A stretch of 64,000 bases of DNA. Source: Ascidiella aspersa (Eukaryota). The notes beneath the pieces were generated by a model. It was not told where the DNA came from. It made no database searches and saw nothing but the letters and a program-made list of their open reading frames with translations. Position numbers and translations under genes: made by a program. The DNA lies in assembly GCA_963924565.1 (NCBI GenBank), contig OZ004615.1:19468001-19532000 (forward strand), read 5' to 3'. Of the stretch, positions 14,301 to 26,177 are shown piece after piece (the first letter of the stretch is position 1; each line of letters opens with the position of its first letter).

Positions 14301-17300
14301 TTTAGGCGACAGTCAGCAATAATTCCAAATTTACGGCAAAACTGTTTCTATGATACACGCAAACATTTAAACAAAATAATAACTTTGATTTGAAAAAGTC
14401 AACAGAATTGCAACGTCGAAAAGTGTTTACCAAATTTCAAAAATGGTAATTTTAAAAACAAATAAAAAATACCATTTTGTGGCAAAGCTGGTCATTAACT
14501 GAAAAAAGACAAACGATAAATTGTTTTTAATCGTTTGCAGCATTTCTATGGCTACAATTTGTGAAAACATCATCGACATAGCCTAATTCCACTCGAGCGT
14601 GACTCACAGCGCGTGACCTTTGTGACCTTGCGGTAACACGTGGTCCAGGTGTCCGTCGCGAGTCGTCAATTTACAGGGTCGGTGGTGAGAGCGTTTTCCG
14701 GTCAACAGCCGCTGGTAATTTTGCCTTTTCCGCTCGCTAAAAACACAACGACCAGCGGAGCATTTAAATTATACGCGATCGCTTGGGCTTCTTGTCGCAA
14801 TAAATCTTTCCTGTGTTTGGGCGCGGACTTTCCGTTTCGTGATTTCCAGCTGAATGTGTTATTTTAATGTAACCTTCAAAGCTTTATTTCTAGTGAAGCT
14901 ATTTAGATGGGAACATCGCCCGGAAACATTCTACCCTTTAGAAAACCTTAGGGTACAATAAAACTTAAATGTCAGTAACTAAGAATCTGTTCGGTCCATA
15001 ACGAGAATCCTGTTACAAGAATGCCATGTTTCTAAAAACAATGAGAATTTACCCAAATTCTATTACAAGAATGACGTGAAATTTCTGTTGCAAGAATGAA
15101 AATAACTGTTTCAAGAATGAAATATTCATAACGAAAATCGTATGTTGTGTAAATGCCTCGACTATTAATAATTGTCTTCTAAATTATAAATAGAGTTGCA
15201 CAAATAATGCTACCGTATTGTTTTATTCGAAATGTAGTTTTGCTTCACTATTCGACCTAAACTTTATTTTTTTGCAGTGATTTGGACAAGCCTTTCCCGC
15301 GCCGAATTAACACCAGAGGCGCCAGATTCCACATTGCAAGCAGAAGAAGAAAAAGGAACAGGTTCACCGTAAGTGCTGTAAATTACAGTTGTGTCAGACC
15401 GTTCAGTGCTGATAACCAAGATTCAGTCGTGTGCATTATACACTTTATTACCGGGTTGGTTCACATCAGCAGTAACATTGGTCCAAGGTAATGGCTCACA
15501 CATCTAATGGTACATCGCATTGCGTCTCAAAGGCTAACCGAAATCTGTCGGCCATCGGAGATTTAAGTGCAAGCAAGGCCTTTAACAAACTACCGCGCGG
15601 TAAGAAAACTACTCACGGCATCAGCCACATTGGGGCCGTTACTTATCGGTTGGTCCAAGATTGCGTCTGGATTTCTATGAAGGCTCCCAGTGTGTAAACA
15701 TGAAAGTGCCAGAAGTCACGCAACTATGTGCAAAGAAAACGCAAAATGGAAAAATCATTGTCGATAGATACTAATCGCGATATTTTGGGGTGGTAATGCC
15801 CAGTTTCGCTAAAACTACCGTTTTAACGGTGGCATAACTCACACTGAGCACGATATTGGTACGCTTTGAACGCTTTTAAAATTATCTGCAGCTATTCTAG
15901 TGACATAAAAGAGTCGTACAGTGCCCATTTACGATTTACACAAGCTTGCGATAATAATACCTCTGAAAAACACCGGGTTAAAGTATAATGTTAAATTGAT
16001 GAGCACTTTAAAAACTATATAGGATTTAGCCGATGTATTCCGTTTGTTCTCGTTTGTCTTGTTTTTTTAAAGACAGGTAATGCAACGTAAGGTCGAAATT
16101 ATTTTTAACATGTCCCCCAAATGACCTACTTGGAGTAGGTTTTTTTGGTGGGGCGGGACAGTTCTTAGTTGTCGAATCTCGACTAATTTACGATAGAGAA
16201 TAGATTTCTTCGAATGAAGATCAAGGCATAAATGCTAACAAGTAGCAAAAGCTCAAATTTGTTGCAGACTTGAACCTTTCAACACTATGTAAATTAAATT
16301 CTTCAGCGCAAAAGGAGGAAATTCACCGATTAATCGAATGCAATAAAAACTAGTGCAACCAAGTTTACTTTTTAAGTTCATGAAGTAGAAGTACCAAGTC
16401 TCTATCGTCCTTACAAAATAGCAAGCAAAGGCAACAGTGTTTGATAAAATTACACATATGTCATTTAAAACCTCAGATATGTTGCAAAACAGGCCATATA
16501 CTGTTCCATATTGCGGATTTAGAAGAAATCAAATTTCCTTCATGTTAAATCCTGGAAACAATTTTAAGACTTATTTGGAAAGCATTGAAATCCGGCGGAC
16601 TGCAGATTACGTTGTTTGTGCTTGTTTGCCGTATTTTTTTCAAGGCAGGCAATGCAATATAAGGGCGATTCCTTTAACATGTCCCCAAATGACCTGCTTG
16701 GAGTATGTTTTCGAAAATTTGCTGCACGTAAGGTAACAATTTTAAATAAAGGCCGATTTTCCCCTTATGCTCAGCAGTCAAAGGCACATGCGGCTAAAAT
16801 TATGACAAAAAACGCAACGAAATGGCGCTTTTAAGACAGGCGAAGTAGATCAGTCTGACTGGCTGCTGCGTTTCCGACGACAAACCCCAATCGCACACAT
16901 TGCGAACTCATCCACTTTAGAAAAGTCGCTTTAAAGCTCAGGCTCCCCATTTGAACTTCGACTTTAATTCGACTTAGGGTCAGAAACAGGAACCAGTAAG
17001 TTCAGGGTTCAGATGTTACGATAGCACTCTATATTGGGCTCCACTTACCCCATCGGCTAATCTATTGTGATGGTAATTTGGCATGAAGCCACTTTGGTGG
17101 CCCGTAAGCAAACAAAAGGAATCAAAAACAAGATAAAATTACAACATTATATATATATGCGTAAATGCTTAGAACTGTCATCGATGTAGTATAGATATTT
17201 CAATTGACAAGACAAAAATTAGGCGTGAGAAAACAGGGCGGTGCGACAAGGGTTTGATCGACAGGTGGAAGCGTGACGACGTATATGACAAGCACTGACC

Positions 17301-20300
17301 AAAAGGCACTCGACTATAGGCTCGCGAATTTTCTAACTTGTGGCTTTAAGTAGGCCGGCGGTCTATTGGCGGTCGCCGTAAGTACCTTGATGACATAGAT
17401 AAACCCCCGAATAGCCTATTTGGCTGGCGCGAGCGAAAAGCGTTAAGGGTGCGACCGATCCATACTTTTTGTAAGATAAAGCGCCTCTCGATTTTAGCTA
17501 CACATTCATCTAAAAACCTCCGGTTTATATTTAATAACTCGCTTTAAAATGGTACTACAGGACAGATATTAGTTACATTTTACGGTTCTAAACCGAATTC
17601 GGAAATGTTTTGCACTGAATAACTCAAAATCTACAAAAAAAAACAACCAATTGAGTAAAACATGCACGCACATATGTGTTAAAGAACTCTAAACTAGCCC
17701 TTCTGAGGGTTTTTGGCCAACGTTTACCGCTTCGTATCATAATACGCCGAAAGCCATGTGAGCGATGGCTTTCAGTGTACAATTGACGTGACTGAGGGTT
17801 TCACGAGTTGATTTTGTGTTGGCATGTGTACAACATAGTGCGCCCAATTTCATAAAAACGGAATACAAACCATATGGTGCTGTTTTAACACGAAAAAAAT
17901 CGCTTTAACTGAAACTTAATGACTACCATTGCCTCTGCAAGGCGGTGCTGTGTCGCCCCCTGGCGGATATTGGTAACAATGATTATAACCGCTTTGTGTT
18001 GTCACTTTCAGGGTTTATTACGTCAAGTAAAGTTGTTTCCTGGTTCTGACGCGTCAATTCCACTCTGCGCTAAACCCCAAGAAAACAACTACTTTCCGTC
18101 GTGGCTCAGCACCGTTCAACCTAGTAAAGGTAAGTTTGTTGTTCCATCTTAGCGCCAATAACTTTGTGACATCTATAGATAAGTGGTTCTTATTCGCAGG
18201 TCCACAGTAAAAGTTTTCTTTATTTATGCAGGTAAAACTTTAACTGCGAAGGGGAAAAAATGTTTTGCGCATTGAGATACTGTTTCAGTATGTTAGGCCT
18301 TTTTTCGAGAGTCCGTTCAGCACAAAAACGCCCCTGGTAGTTGGTGAGACTCCAGGTCTAAATCGTGCCTTCGAAATTACGCTTACCTTGATTTTTGCTT
18401 TTTCTACCGGACCACAAGTTATCAATTTTTACGAACAGGGCAAAACTTGCGTTGGATTAACGGTAACACTTGCCTGTGAAAAATATCAAGTTTCTATACA
18501 GGGTAGTTAAATTTTTACGTTAAAAAGCATTAAAGCAAAGCGTGTAGTCAACATTTAAAAATTTAAAATAAACCCCCATGCATTTTTAATCCGTAGTTGT
18601 TAACTATTGCTGTGTTTCGAGACTAATCCTATTTTTTTAACGTTTCTTAGCTACTGAACCGGCTCGCGTTCAAATTAGCGACGATTTCGATGAAGAAGCG
18701 ACTTGCAACGAGGAGAACGAGGGCCGACTGATTTACACGAGGAACATGGGCCAGCTGCAGATGTGCGATCGAGACAGGTGGAAGCGATTAGCGACAAGTA
18801 AGTGTGCTTTAAAGTATACAAAGGTATTCATAAAGCAGAAGGTTAGGCACAAAACTGCTGTCGCTGTAGGAATTGTTACGGACCGATTCGCACCAGGCAA
18901 GACGCTGCTCTTTTTTCTCGCTAAAGAGTTTTTGCACTAACAAACCAAAGTCATTTGGCTACAAAATCACTTTTTTATTTGTGATCTCTACACTGGAAAA
19001 TCCCGCTTGCACGACACACCTGCATCGTGGACAATAATTCCAACCTAACTTTATATTTATAAAATAAGCAATAGGCAATCTGCTTCAATATATTTCTTCA
19101 CTTTAGTTTGTAGTGTTTGACAGTGCATTTTTACGCAGTGTTGCAATTGACTTCAGTTTACAACTACGATCAATTAGCACTGAACCTTATACTTAAATAT
19201 ATCATTAGTATTAGGGATGTCCGATAATATCGGATCGCAGCCGATACACGATGCCAAGTGGTCGTATCGGTACTCGTCCGATGTTATAGGGTGGTATCTG
19301 TGCCGATCCGTTACCAAATCAATATAAGGAATTTCAGCCATAATTTGCGATACAACGCAGTGAAGCTAAATGTATCGAAAATTATAGTAGGTTAACAACT
19401 GAAGTTCACTAAACTTTTTTACCCTAAAGCTAAAGCAAATTTTGGCGTAATCACCTGAAAAAGTAACCTTCGAGTGTTTCGATTTCATCTGTTTTCGCTT
19501 GATAACGGATCGCGATAGTTTTGTCCAAAATATCGGGTATCGGCATCGGAACAAAATATCAAGCATCAGACGTCCCTAATTAGCATCCACTTTGCAGCCA
19601 CGGAGCGACTGGATTACGTTAGTGACTACAGTGACCTGGTCACCAAGAGCAAGACACTGGACGTTGAGATCTTTCGCATCCCGGAGGAGGGACTCTTCCT
19701 GGCCGCCGCCAACCAGGGGAGGAACAAAAGCATGGACTCAACGCTCTACAGGTGGGACGACGCCAAGAGGAACTTCGTCCTGCATCAAACCATCAAAACC
19801 GACACGGCGAGGGACTGGGAGTTCTTCACCATTGAAAGCGAGGTAAGGAAAACAAATTTGTCGTCTTTTAAATCAATATTTTTCATAATTTTTTTTAAGT
19901 TGGCGCTTTCCTAAAAAAATTAGTCTGTTAGGTCGTTTTTATTTTTTTAAATCTTTTCGAAAGTTTAAATAACCTGGGGGTAGTATATATTTTTTTTGAG
20001 TGCCGCAACCAGTCGTTTAAAAATGGTACGTCAGTTTAACTTTGACTCAATCACCTTTCAATGACTTGTTGAATTTTGTAAGTAGCATATTTCGTCTAAA
20101 TCTAAATCAACCAATCATAGCCTGGTTCAAAGCTATAAAACGTTACTTAACTTAGAAAGACTAACCCACAACCTAAGCATAGAATTAAGAGTAAATTAGT
20201 AGAAACATCGACTTTTTGTCTATTAATTACAAGTGACGAAATGGTTGAGATTCACTGCTTGCCTAGAAACTATAGCTAAGCGCCCAATTTGGTGTGTTAA

Positions 20301-23300
20301 CGGCAGGGAGTCCCTAGTCCGGCCCTGACTTTACAGCCTGTATTCCGCCAATTTACGTAACTAAAACACCGTGGACAGTCAGCAACCCACTTATAGAGAT
20401 GTCGTATAACTTACTCAATCACAATAAATGGTTGAAAAATATTCCATTATATGCTATTTCACCTTTACAATATCAGTTTTAAAATTTGGTACTGCGCATG
20501 CGCATGTCGGACTCGGGACTCTGGTAGTTTTGCAAGGGCTTACTCGAGTCCTGAGTCCAACTCCAGCAAACAAACCGACTCTTAGAGTCCCGAGTCCGAC
20601 TCCGACTCCGCAGCCCTGGTTAGCAGCAAAAACCGAACCAACTAATCCTCTCGGGGAACAGCTAATAAACCGCTTTGTTATCATCTTCAGTACTTCCTAG
20701 CTGTGGCAAATCAAGGCACCGACGAGGCAACGCCGACCTCGACCAGCGTCATATTTAAGTGGGATCGCAAACGAAGGAAGTTCAGGCCGTTCCAGTACAT
20801 CCAGACCTACTCGGCCAGGTGCTGGGAGAGCTTTGAGATCGACGGCAGCCATTACCTCGCAGTGGCAAACTTCGCCGGACGTAAGCAAAGAAGATTTCAT
20901 TCGATGATTCTAGATTATAATCTTTAGAGCGAAATGCCTGGAGGTTTTAGTTAGACGTAGCAACGAAATCAAAGACAATATGATGTTGAAAATAAATAAA
21001 GAGATATTAGAAACGTTCAAAATGACATACTTGTTTGTATACTGGCTTTGATATTCTTACTATGTTTAGATTTACATTGTCTGCGTTCGAAATAATTTGA
21101 TTTCTGCGGAATTTTTCTCTCTTGTCCCCCCTTTACACAGGGTTATGTGATTGAGCTGGGGACAAGTTGGGCATGATGAGTTGTTTATGTTTGTGTTTAG
21201 TGATATTTTTTTTATATTTTATATTTTATACACAAAACCCGCCAAACATGTAACACTATATAGAAAAAGTTTATTAAGCAAAAATATTTAAGAGTCAAAG
21301 TGTATAGGTTAACTGCTGCGGTGCAGTGCATATATCGTCGAAGCTAAAAAATCGACAAACGAACTTAAATATAATTTTAATCGCCAGTTGATGGCCAAAA
21401 GCAAGCAAGTTGGATATTCCGATGGGTTCCCGCCACAGGAACGTTTGTGCAATATCAGGTAAGCGCGGCTTCACTTTGATGGCGTTTTTGTTGATTTCAT
21501 AAACCAGTGGTCGGCAAACTGTGGACCGAGGCTCATATGTGGCCCACGAGGCAAATCTGGTCCTGAGAGCCTGTCGAACTATATTTTTTGCCAACTTTAA
21601 CTATATGTAAACGAAAAATTTTTCGCGCCACGCGCGTACTTTTTTCTTTTATAGTATGTTTTACTTTATGACATGGCAGTGTTTTGGGCATCAAGGCGCC
21701 GTGTAATATTTCACTTTAAAATCCAATATTCTGAATCCGGCACTCTTTCGTAGTGGTTTTACGTAGTGGGCCTTCAATAGCTCTGAAAAGAGTACTTTGG
21801 GACGCGACAGAAGAAGTTCGCCGTGAACTATCTAAAAAACTTCTTTAATTTTTCGATTTGCAGTCGCTAGAAACCATAGGAGCATACGACTTCGAGTACT
21901 TTCGAATCGGAACTCAGCACTACCTCGCCGTCGCCAACTCGTTCGACGGAACCAAGACCAACATAGACAGCGTGATTTACAACTGGAGACTGGCAAACTT
22001 TGTCCCGCTGCATTACGTTGAGGTAAACGACGAGTGTTGCAAATTTTCAACTGTTTGTGCTTAGTTTAACTTCGCTTTTAGTATGACTTGAGACAGATTT
22101 ATATTTCTTTTATATTTAGTAACATAGAGAAATGCTACTTAATTATGCTTTCCTAGTTAAAACGGCCAAAGCTGATAAAAATGTAATTAGGCAACAGTAC
22201 GAAAGGCAAGCAGCCGACTAACATTGCTAAACGAAAAGAAACGGTATTTTTCAAACCATTTGATAAATTTTTATTCATTTATTCGAAATGAGACACACAA
22301 ACAGGCATGACTAACATTTGCAATTCACTTTTGAAAGTAAATACTAAATTTTAATTATCTACAGTTGCCCAAGTACTTATAGTTTTCTCATGATTTCGTG
22401 TTGTTTTAGCTTGGGGTTATTTCGCTGTATCATCAGCGAAAAAATTTGTTCTTTGAGAAAACTTTCACTGAAAAAAAGTTCACCAAAAAATAGGACTGTC
22501 TTTGCATTACTTTGTTTCTAATTTTTTTCACTCACCGCAGACACACGGAGCAACCGACTGGGAGCATTTCGAAATAGCGGGTCGCCACTTTCTCGTGGTG
22601 GCCAACTACTACGACCTGAAGCCGCACTACCACACCTACTTCGTCGACTCGTGTGTGTACGAAATGGGACCCGACCGAAATCAACTCAAGAAAGTGCAAG
22701 ATATACCCACGCAAGGGTAAGAACGCGCCGATTATGGGCTATTGATAAAACAATTTGCAAAACCATTGTAATTTTATATTTACACAATGAACTGATATAA
22801 CACAGTAACACAATATCAAAATCTGAGTTAGTTTTACATTTAACTGATCTAAGTAATAAATTACCGTAATACATTTTCTGTGTCTGATTCAGCATCCCCG
22901 CACCCCCTTGGAACATTTCGCAGCGCACCCGGTTAAGAGACCCTAGTTTAAACGATTTAAAAGTGGCCCCCAACCGAAAAATATAATCGGTGCAACAATA
23001 AGTGTTTAAATTTGAGATGTCCGATATTTGATATTTTATTCCTGGACCGATACCTGATACTTTGAGGCGAGAACTAGAGCCGTCCGATCCAATTGATTAA
23101 AATTTTATAAATTTGAAACTGCTAAGGGTTTTTTTCAGGTTATTAAACCAAAATTTTAAATTTCGTTAAAAAATTGCATTTACTGTCGTTTGTTACTTCT
23201 ATTACCTGATAAATTTTACCTTTCAATTGTTTTATTGGGTCGAAGTGCATCGATATAATGTTAATATCAATTTGGTATCGGGTCTAGGCACCGCTCCGAT

Positions 23301-24090
23301 ATTATCTATAATTTAAGGCGTACATATTTGCAACCATTTTTATTTGAAGTTAAACATCTACATGTGAAAGGCGTCCTAAATGATTTATATACTTCTTTTT
23401 AATGCAGGGCCTTGGACTTTGAATTCTTCACCGTTGGTCGCGACTCCTATTTGATATCGGCAAGTTCGAGTGACAACAATAACAACCACATAAGTACCAT
23501 TTACAGGTGGGCGAAAGAGTGGCATTAATATGTATTGCTCAAATCGTGCTTCATCAGGTCATCACTTTGACCTACTGGCGAAGCACGGTTGTGCGAGAGC
23601 TTGTTAAGATTTCTATTTTTTCGTTAAAAATTTTTTCCAGATTTAGAATCAGACAAATACGGCTTCAAGTAAAAATTGTTGTATTACTAGCAAATAGAAA
23701 ACGTTACAGTTGATTTGTTATATAAGTTACTAATCTTATGAAAGTCAAATACATTGCTAAAAAATAGATTTTGTGATAAGTTAGATCAGTCTACAATACG
23801 TTACAGGGGTACAGGTTAATAAAAAATTTTACATTCTTTTTATAATCACGGTATTTCTAACATTGCGGTTGACATTGGATAGAATTAAAGATAGATTTGC
23901 TCTATTTTGTTAATAATTTTTTTTTTTCGCCAGGTGGCAGGGCATCGAACAATTTGTTCCCGTTCACAACGTTTCGACCGGTCCGTGTGCAGACTGGGAG
24001 TCGTTCAGCACGAACCGTGGTGAACACTTCCTGGTTTCGGCCAACATCAATTCGCGAAAGAGCAAAGTGGTGCAACTGCAAACCTACTGA
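2167..24090 (+). CDS. TSPEAR: TSPEAR (thrombospondin-type laminin G domain and EAR repeats), 5'-partial; join(2167-2360,15278-15368,18012-18129,18651-18797,19598-19842,20691-20880,21388-21458,21864-22022,22541-22716,23408-23506,23934-24090)
   Basis: Manual splicing gives 1647 nt in one open frame with all GT-AG introns and consistent phases. The protein has LamG motifs (LGDGKWHTVVITV..TVDC; PFPRRINTRGARFHIASRRR; GLLRQVKLFPGSDA) followed by seven EAR repeats ending WQGIEQFVPVH..CADWESFST..SKVVQLQTY*. It is collinear with vertebrate TSPEAR as I recall it. Confidence 0.95.
2367..2634 (+). mobile_element. hAT (Buster/Charlie-type) MITE, family A
   Basis: TIR cagtgtttcttaa/ttaagaagcactg; perfect 8-bp TSD atgtaagt; second copy at 62928-63143. 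Confidence 0.88.
2804..3180 (+). mobile_element. Family B MITE, degenerate
   Basis: gatgtccgataatatcggatcg..ccgata shared with the 19212 copy; right end approximate. Confidence 0.7.
5891..6373. mobile_element. Degenerate hAT-type MITE
   Basis: cagggatggaacaac / ggttcgccctccct ends; weak TSD tccta.. Confidence 0.5.
7632..7982. mobile_element. hAT-type MITE lacking its right TIR
   Basis: caggggttcttaac start; ttgtagag on both flanks. Confidence 0.58.
8973..9411. mobile_element. Family D MITE (opposite orientation)
   Basis: gactt arrays and terminus ttacaacactg; left end approximate. Confidence 0.7.
13138..13527 (+). repeat. About 400-bp dispersed repeat, copy 1
   Basis: atgtaaattaaattcttcagcgcaaaaggaggaaattc and flanks shared with 16222-16612. 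Confidence 0.85.
15278..15368 (+). CDS. TSPEAR: TSPEAR exon (DLDKPFPRRINTRGARFHIASRRRKRNRFT)
   Basis: tttgcag| ... |gtaagt, phase 2 to 0. Confidence 0.9.
16222..16612 (+). repeat. About 400-bp dispersed repeat, copy 2
   Basis: Direct copy of 13138-13527; bracketed by a separate ~60-bp direct repeat at about 16080-16140 and 16650-16710. Confidence 0.85.
18012..18129 (+). CDS. TSPEAR: TSPEAR exon (GLLRQVKLFPGSDASIPLC...)
   Basis: ctttcag| ... |gtaagt, phase 0 to 1. Confidence 0.9.
18651..18797 (+). CDS. TSPEAR: TSPEAR linker exon (ATCNEENEGRLIY...QMCDRDRWKRLA)
   Basis: ttcttag| ... |gtaagt, phase 1 to 1; conserved C...C...W pattern. Confidence 0.85.
19212..19578 (+). mobile_element. hAT MITE, family B (TAGGGATGTCCGAT ends, atcgg/ccgat subterminal repeats)
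   Basis: TIRs present; TSD attagtat/attagcat. Confidence 0.82.
19598..19842 (+). CDS. TSPEAR: TSPEAR exon (ERLDYV...; EAR1-2)
   Basis: tttgcag| ... |gtaagg, phase 1 to 0. Confidence 0.93.
20304..20618 (-). mobile_element. Family C MITE, inverted, with one end internally deleted
   Basis: High identity to 52089-52400; TSD gttaacgg/gttagcag. Confidence 0.8.
20691..20880 (+). CDS. TSPEAR: TSPEAR exon (EAR2-3)
   Basis: tcttcag| ... |gtaagc, phase 0 to 1. Confidence 0.93.
21388..21458 (+). CDS. TSPEAR: TSPEAR exon (LDGQKQASWIFRWVPATGTFVQYQ)
   Basis: tcgccag| ... |gtaagc, phase 1 to 0; supplies the otherwise missing EAR3/4 junction. Confidence 0.88.
21505..21810. mobile_element. Degenerate hAT-type MITE
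   Basis: cagtggtcggcaaact start, ggccc motifs; right end approximate. Confidence 0.55.
21864..22022 (+). CDS. TSPEAR: TSPEAR exon (EAR4)
   Basis: tttgcag| ... |gtaaac, phase 0 to 0. Confidence 0.93.
22541..22716 (+). CDS. TSPEAR: TSPEAR exon (EAR5)
   Basis: accgcag| ... |gtaaga, phase 0 to 2. Confidence 0.93.
23012..23306 (-). mobile_element. Family B MITE, inverted and degenerate
   Basis: Matches the reverse complement of the right end of the 19212 copy. Confidence 0.68.
23408..23506 (+). CDS. TSPEAR: TSPEAR exon (ALDFEFFTVGRDSYL..., EAR6)
   Basis: aatgcag| ... |gtgggc, phase 2 to 2. Confidence 0.9.
23934..24090 (+). CDS. TSPEAR: TSPEAR terminal coding exon (EAR7, stop TGA)
   Basis: tcgccag| acceptor; WQGIEQFVPVHNVSTGPCADWESF...QTY*. 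Confidence 0.93.
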
Positions 24091-24348
24091 AACTGAGCCT
24101 TAATCGTACAAGTGCAACTAGTGAATTGCGTTGGCAAGGCGGATATCCCGAAAGTAGAGGAAGGCCTTTGCGTTAGGGGATCTGGATAAAGGACGGCTGG
24201 ACATATCTCTAACTAAAGCTGTTTGAAAACGGTATTACGAGCATTTTGGCGATTTTTCAAACCTTGTTGAATCACAAGGCAACTCGTTTAGCTATGCCGA
24301 TCTAGGCTTAGTTGTCTGTGCTTTTCCAGCGGCTATTTTAATTTAGAT

Positions 24349-24653
24349 CAGTGTTTCTCAAAAACTGGGTCGCCGTTTGACTTGGTTGGATGGTTGGGTC
24401 GTCGACTGCACTAGTTTACATGGTTAGATATATTGAAATTGGGTTGAAGCAAGATTTCTACCATATTTGAAAACAGTGTGCAAGCAATCCGAAGATAGGT
24501 CAAACAATAATTAAATTCGAACTTATAAAGGTTAATGTCGTATGATTTGTTGCTTACTAAAAGTTTATTAAAGAGAATTGGGTCGCCACTGTTTCTCTGT
24601 TATACTTAAGATTAGTAATAGGGTCGCAGCGTAAAAAAGGTTGAAAAACACCA
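24349..24653. mobile_element. hAT-type MITE in presumed TSPEAR 3' UTR
   Basis: cagtgtttctcaa/ttgaaaaacacca ends, gggtcgc motifs; TSD atttagat/agttagac. Confidence 0.72.
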
Positions 24654-26177
24654 AGTTAGACGAACAAAGCAACTACACAAGTACCTTTAAGAAAATGCAA
24701 TTTTTATCACGATATTCTGTAAAACAAACAAGAAATACTGAAAAATCTGTCCTGCTAAGGACGTGTTGTTGCTAAACGAGACTGAAAAACGCAAAATATA
24801 TACGAAGATTGCAATAAGCTTTTGTTTTATTAGCTGGCTTGCTTTACATTGTAACCTCGTATTAGGTTGAATGCAAGTGTAGGTTAAGTGGCGTTTTATT
24901 TTGTTTCAACTTGTTTCTATTTCCACAGATTTCCCGCCTTTTCTTATAGTATTTATATTTTCATACGTTATTGACACATGTTTTTGAATCGTTGCTTTTT
25001 ATGTGATGTGCCATTGTTTGCCGATATGTTCCCCATTCAGCATATTTTTGTACGATTTCGTCTTAATTTGTCAGCATATTAAAGGTGCATAGGTGCGTTA
25101 CTATAGTATCTGTGCATTTTCGTTCTGTCACTGGCATACGATCAAGAAATATCCGGATAAATAGCTTACAACTAATTAAATGTTACTTTGTAAAAAAGGG
25201 AAACAAAACCGAAAAGCGAATTGGAATCGAATCAATATAAGTAACCTTATAACTTAACGTTTTAGATAATTTAACCCTTGTTCTGTAAAAATATACTGGA
25301 AAATATTAGCAATCCGAAAGTTAAAAAAAAAAATATAAGCCTTTTTTTAGAACCTCTCAATGCAATTTTTCACTTGCTCTTTGACTAATTCCTAACTGCT
25401 TTTTATTTGTTAGTCCTTTGTCAACATATATAAGCCAGTTTATATGATCTGGTTTTGATTTCACATTTTAATGCTAGAAAACTGAAAAAACAGTTATAGG
25501 ACCCAGATGTTTTACTGTTCGTCAAAGCAATTTTTAGCAATTTTTTAGAAAAATGTTGAAGTTTTTTTAGGAAATGCAACTTTAATCGAAATCGTAAATA
25601 GTCGAAAGTGGACCAAGTATTTGACTGTAGGATGTGCATTTCGTTTCCGAAAGAATACTGAAAAAAAAAACTGTGTAAATACACACGCTGTTGCGTAAAA
25701 ACAAAACTTTTTAGGAACTCCTATGAATTTATGGACGTTTTTAATCATTATATATTGATGCATCGTAGTTTCTCAGGGTTTTTGACGTTTTTGTTTCGTC
25801 CTGTATATTTCTTATCCTTAGCATTGAGTATTCAGTTGTTGTTATTGTGCGCGAAATTTGATGCTTTCGTGATGCGTCATACCAACGAAAGGGTGAAACG
25901 CAAAAACATCCAAATTGTGTGCACTGTATTACTTGAAAACAAACGGATCCCCAATTCAGTATTTCACTTCATTCGACTTTGAACTGATCGTACCAATAAA
26001 AGTAAACAGAAAATACCGACGGTCGTGCTTAATACTTTCTAACGTTATATTTGCTGTTCATAAGGTCACACATTTTTTCCATAATGTACATGTTTAGCAC
26101 TATTAAACGAGAACTCGCTAGTTAAAAAAACTAGAAGTACGCGAATGCTAAAATGTCCGGTAATTGTTGGTTTAAAT

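Noticed and set aside
18200-18236. Micro-exon or recursive site in a short TSPEAR intron
   Set aside because: Inclusion gives a stop or frameshift, and the flanking exons already join in frame.
20428-20700. Similar ORFs at 20428-20700 and 51909-52301 (GCGVGLG..TTRVPSPT)
   Set aside because: They arise from family C MITE repeats, not a protein family.
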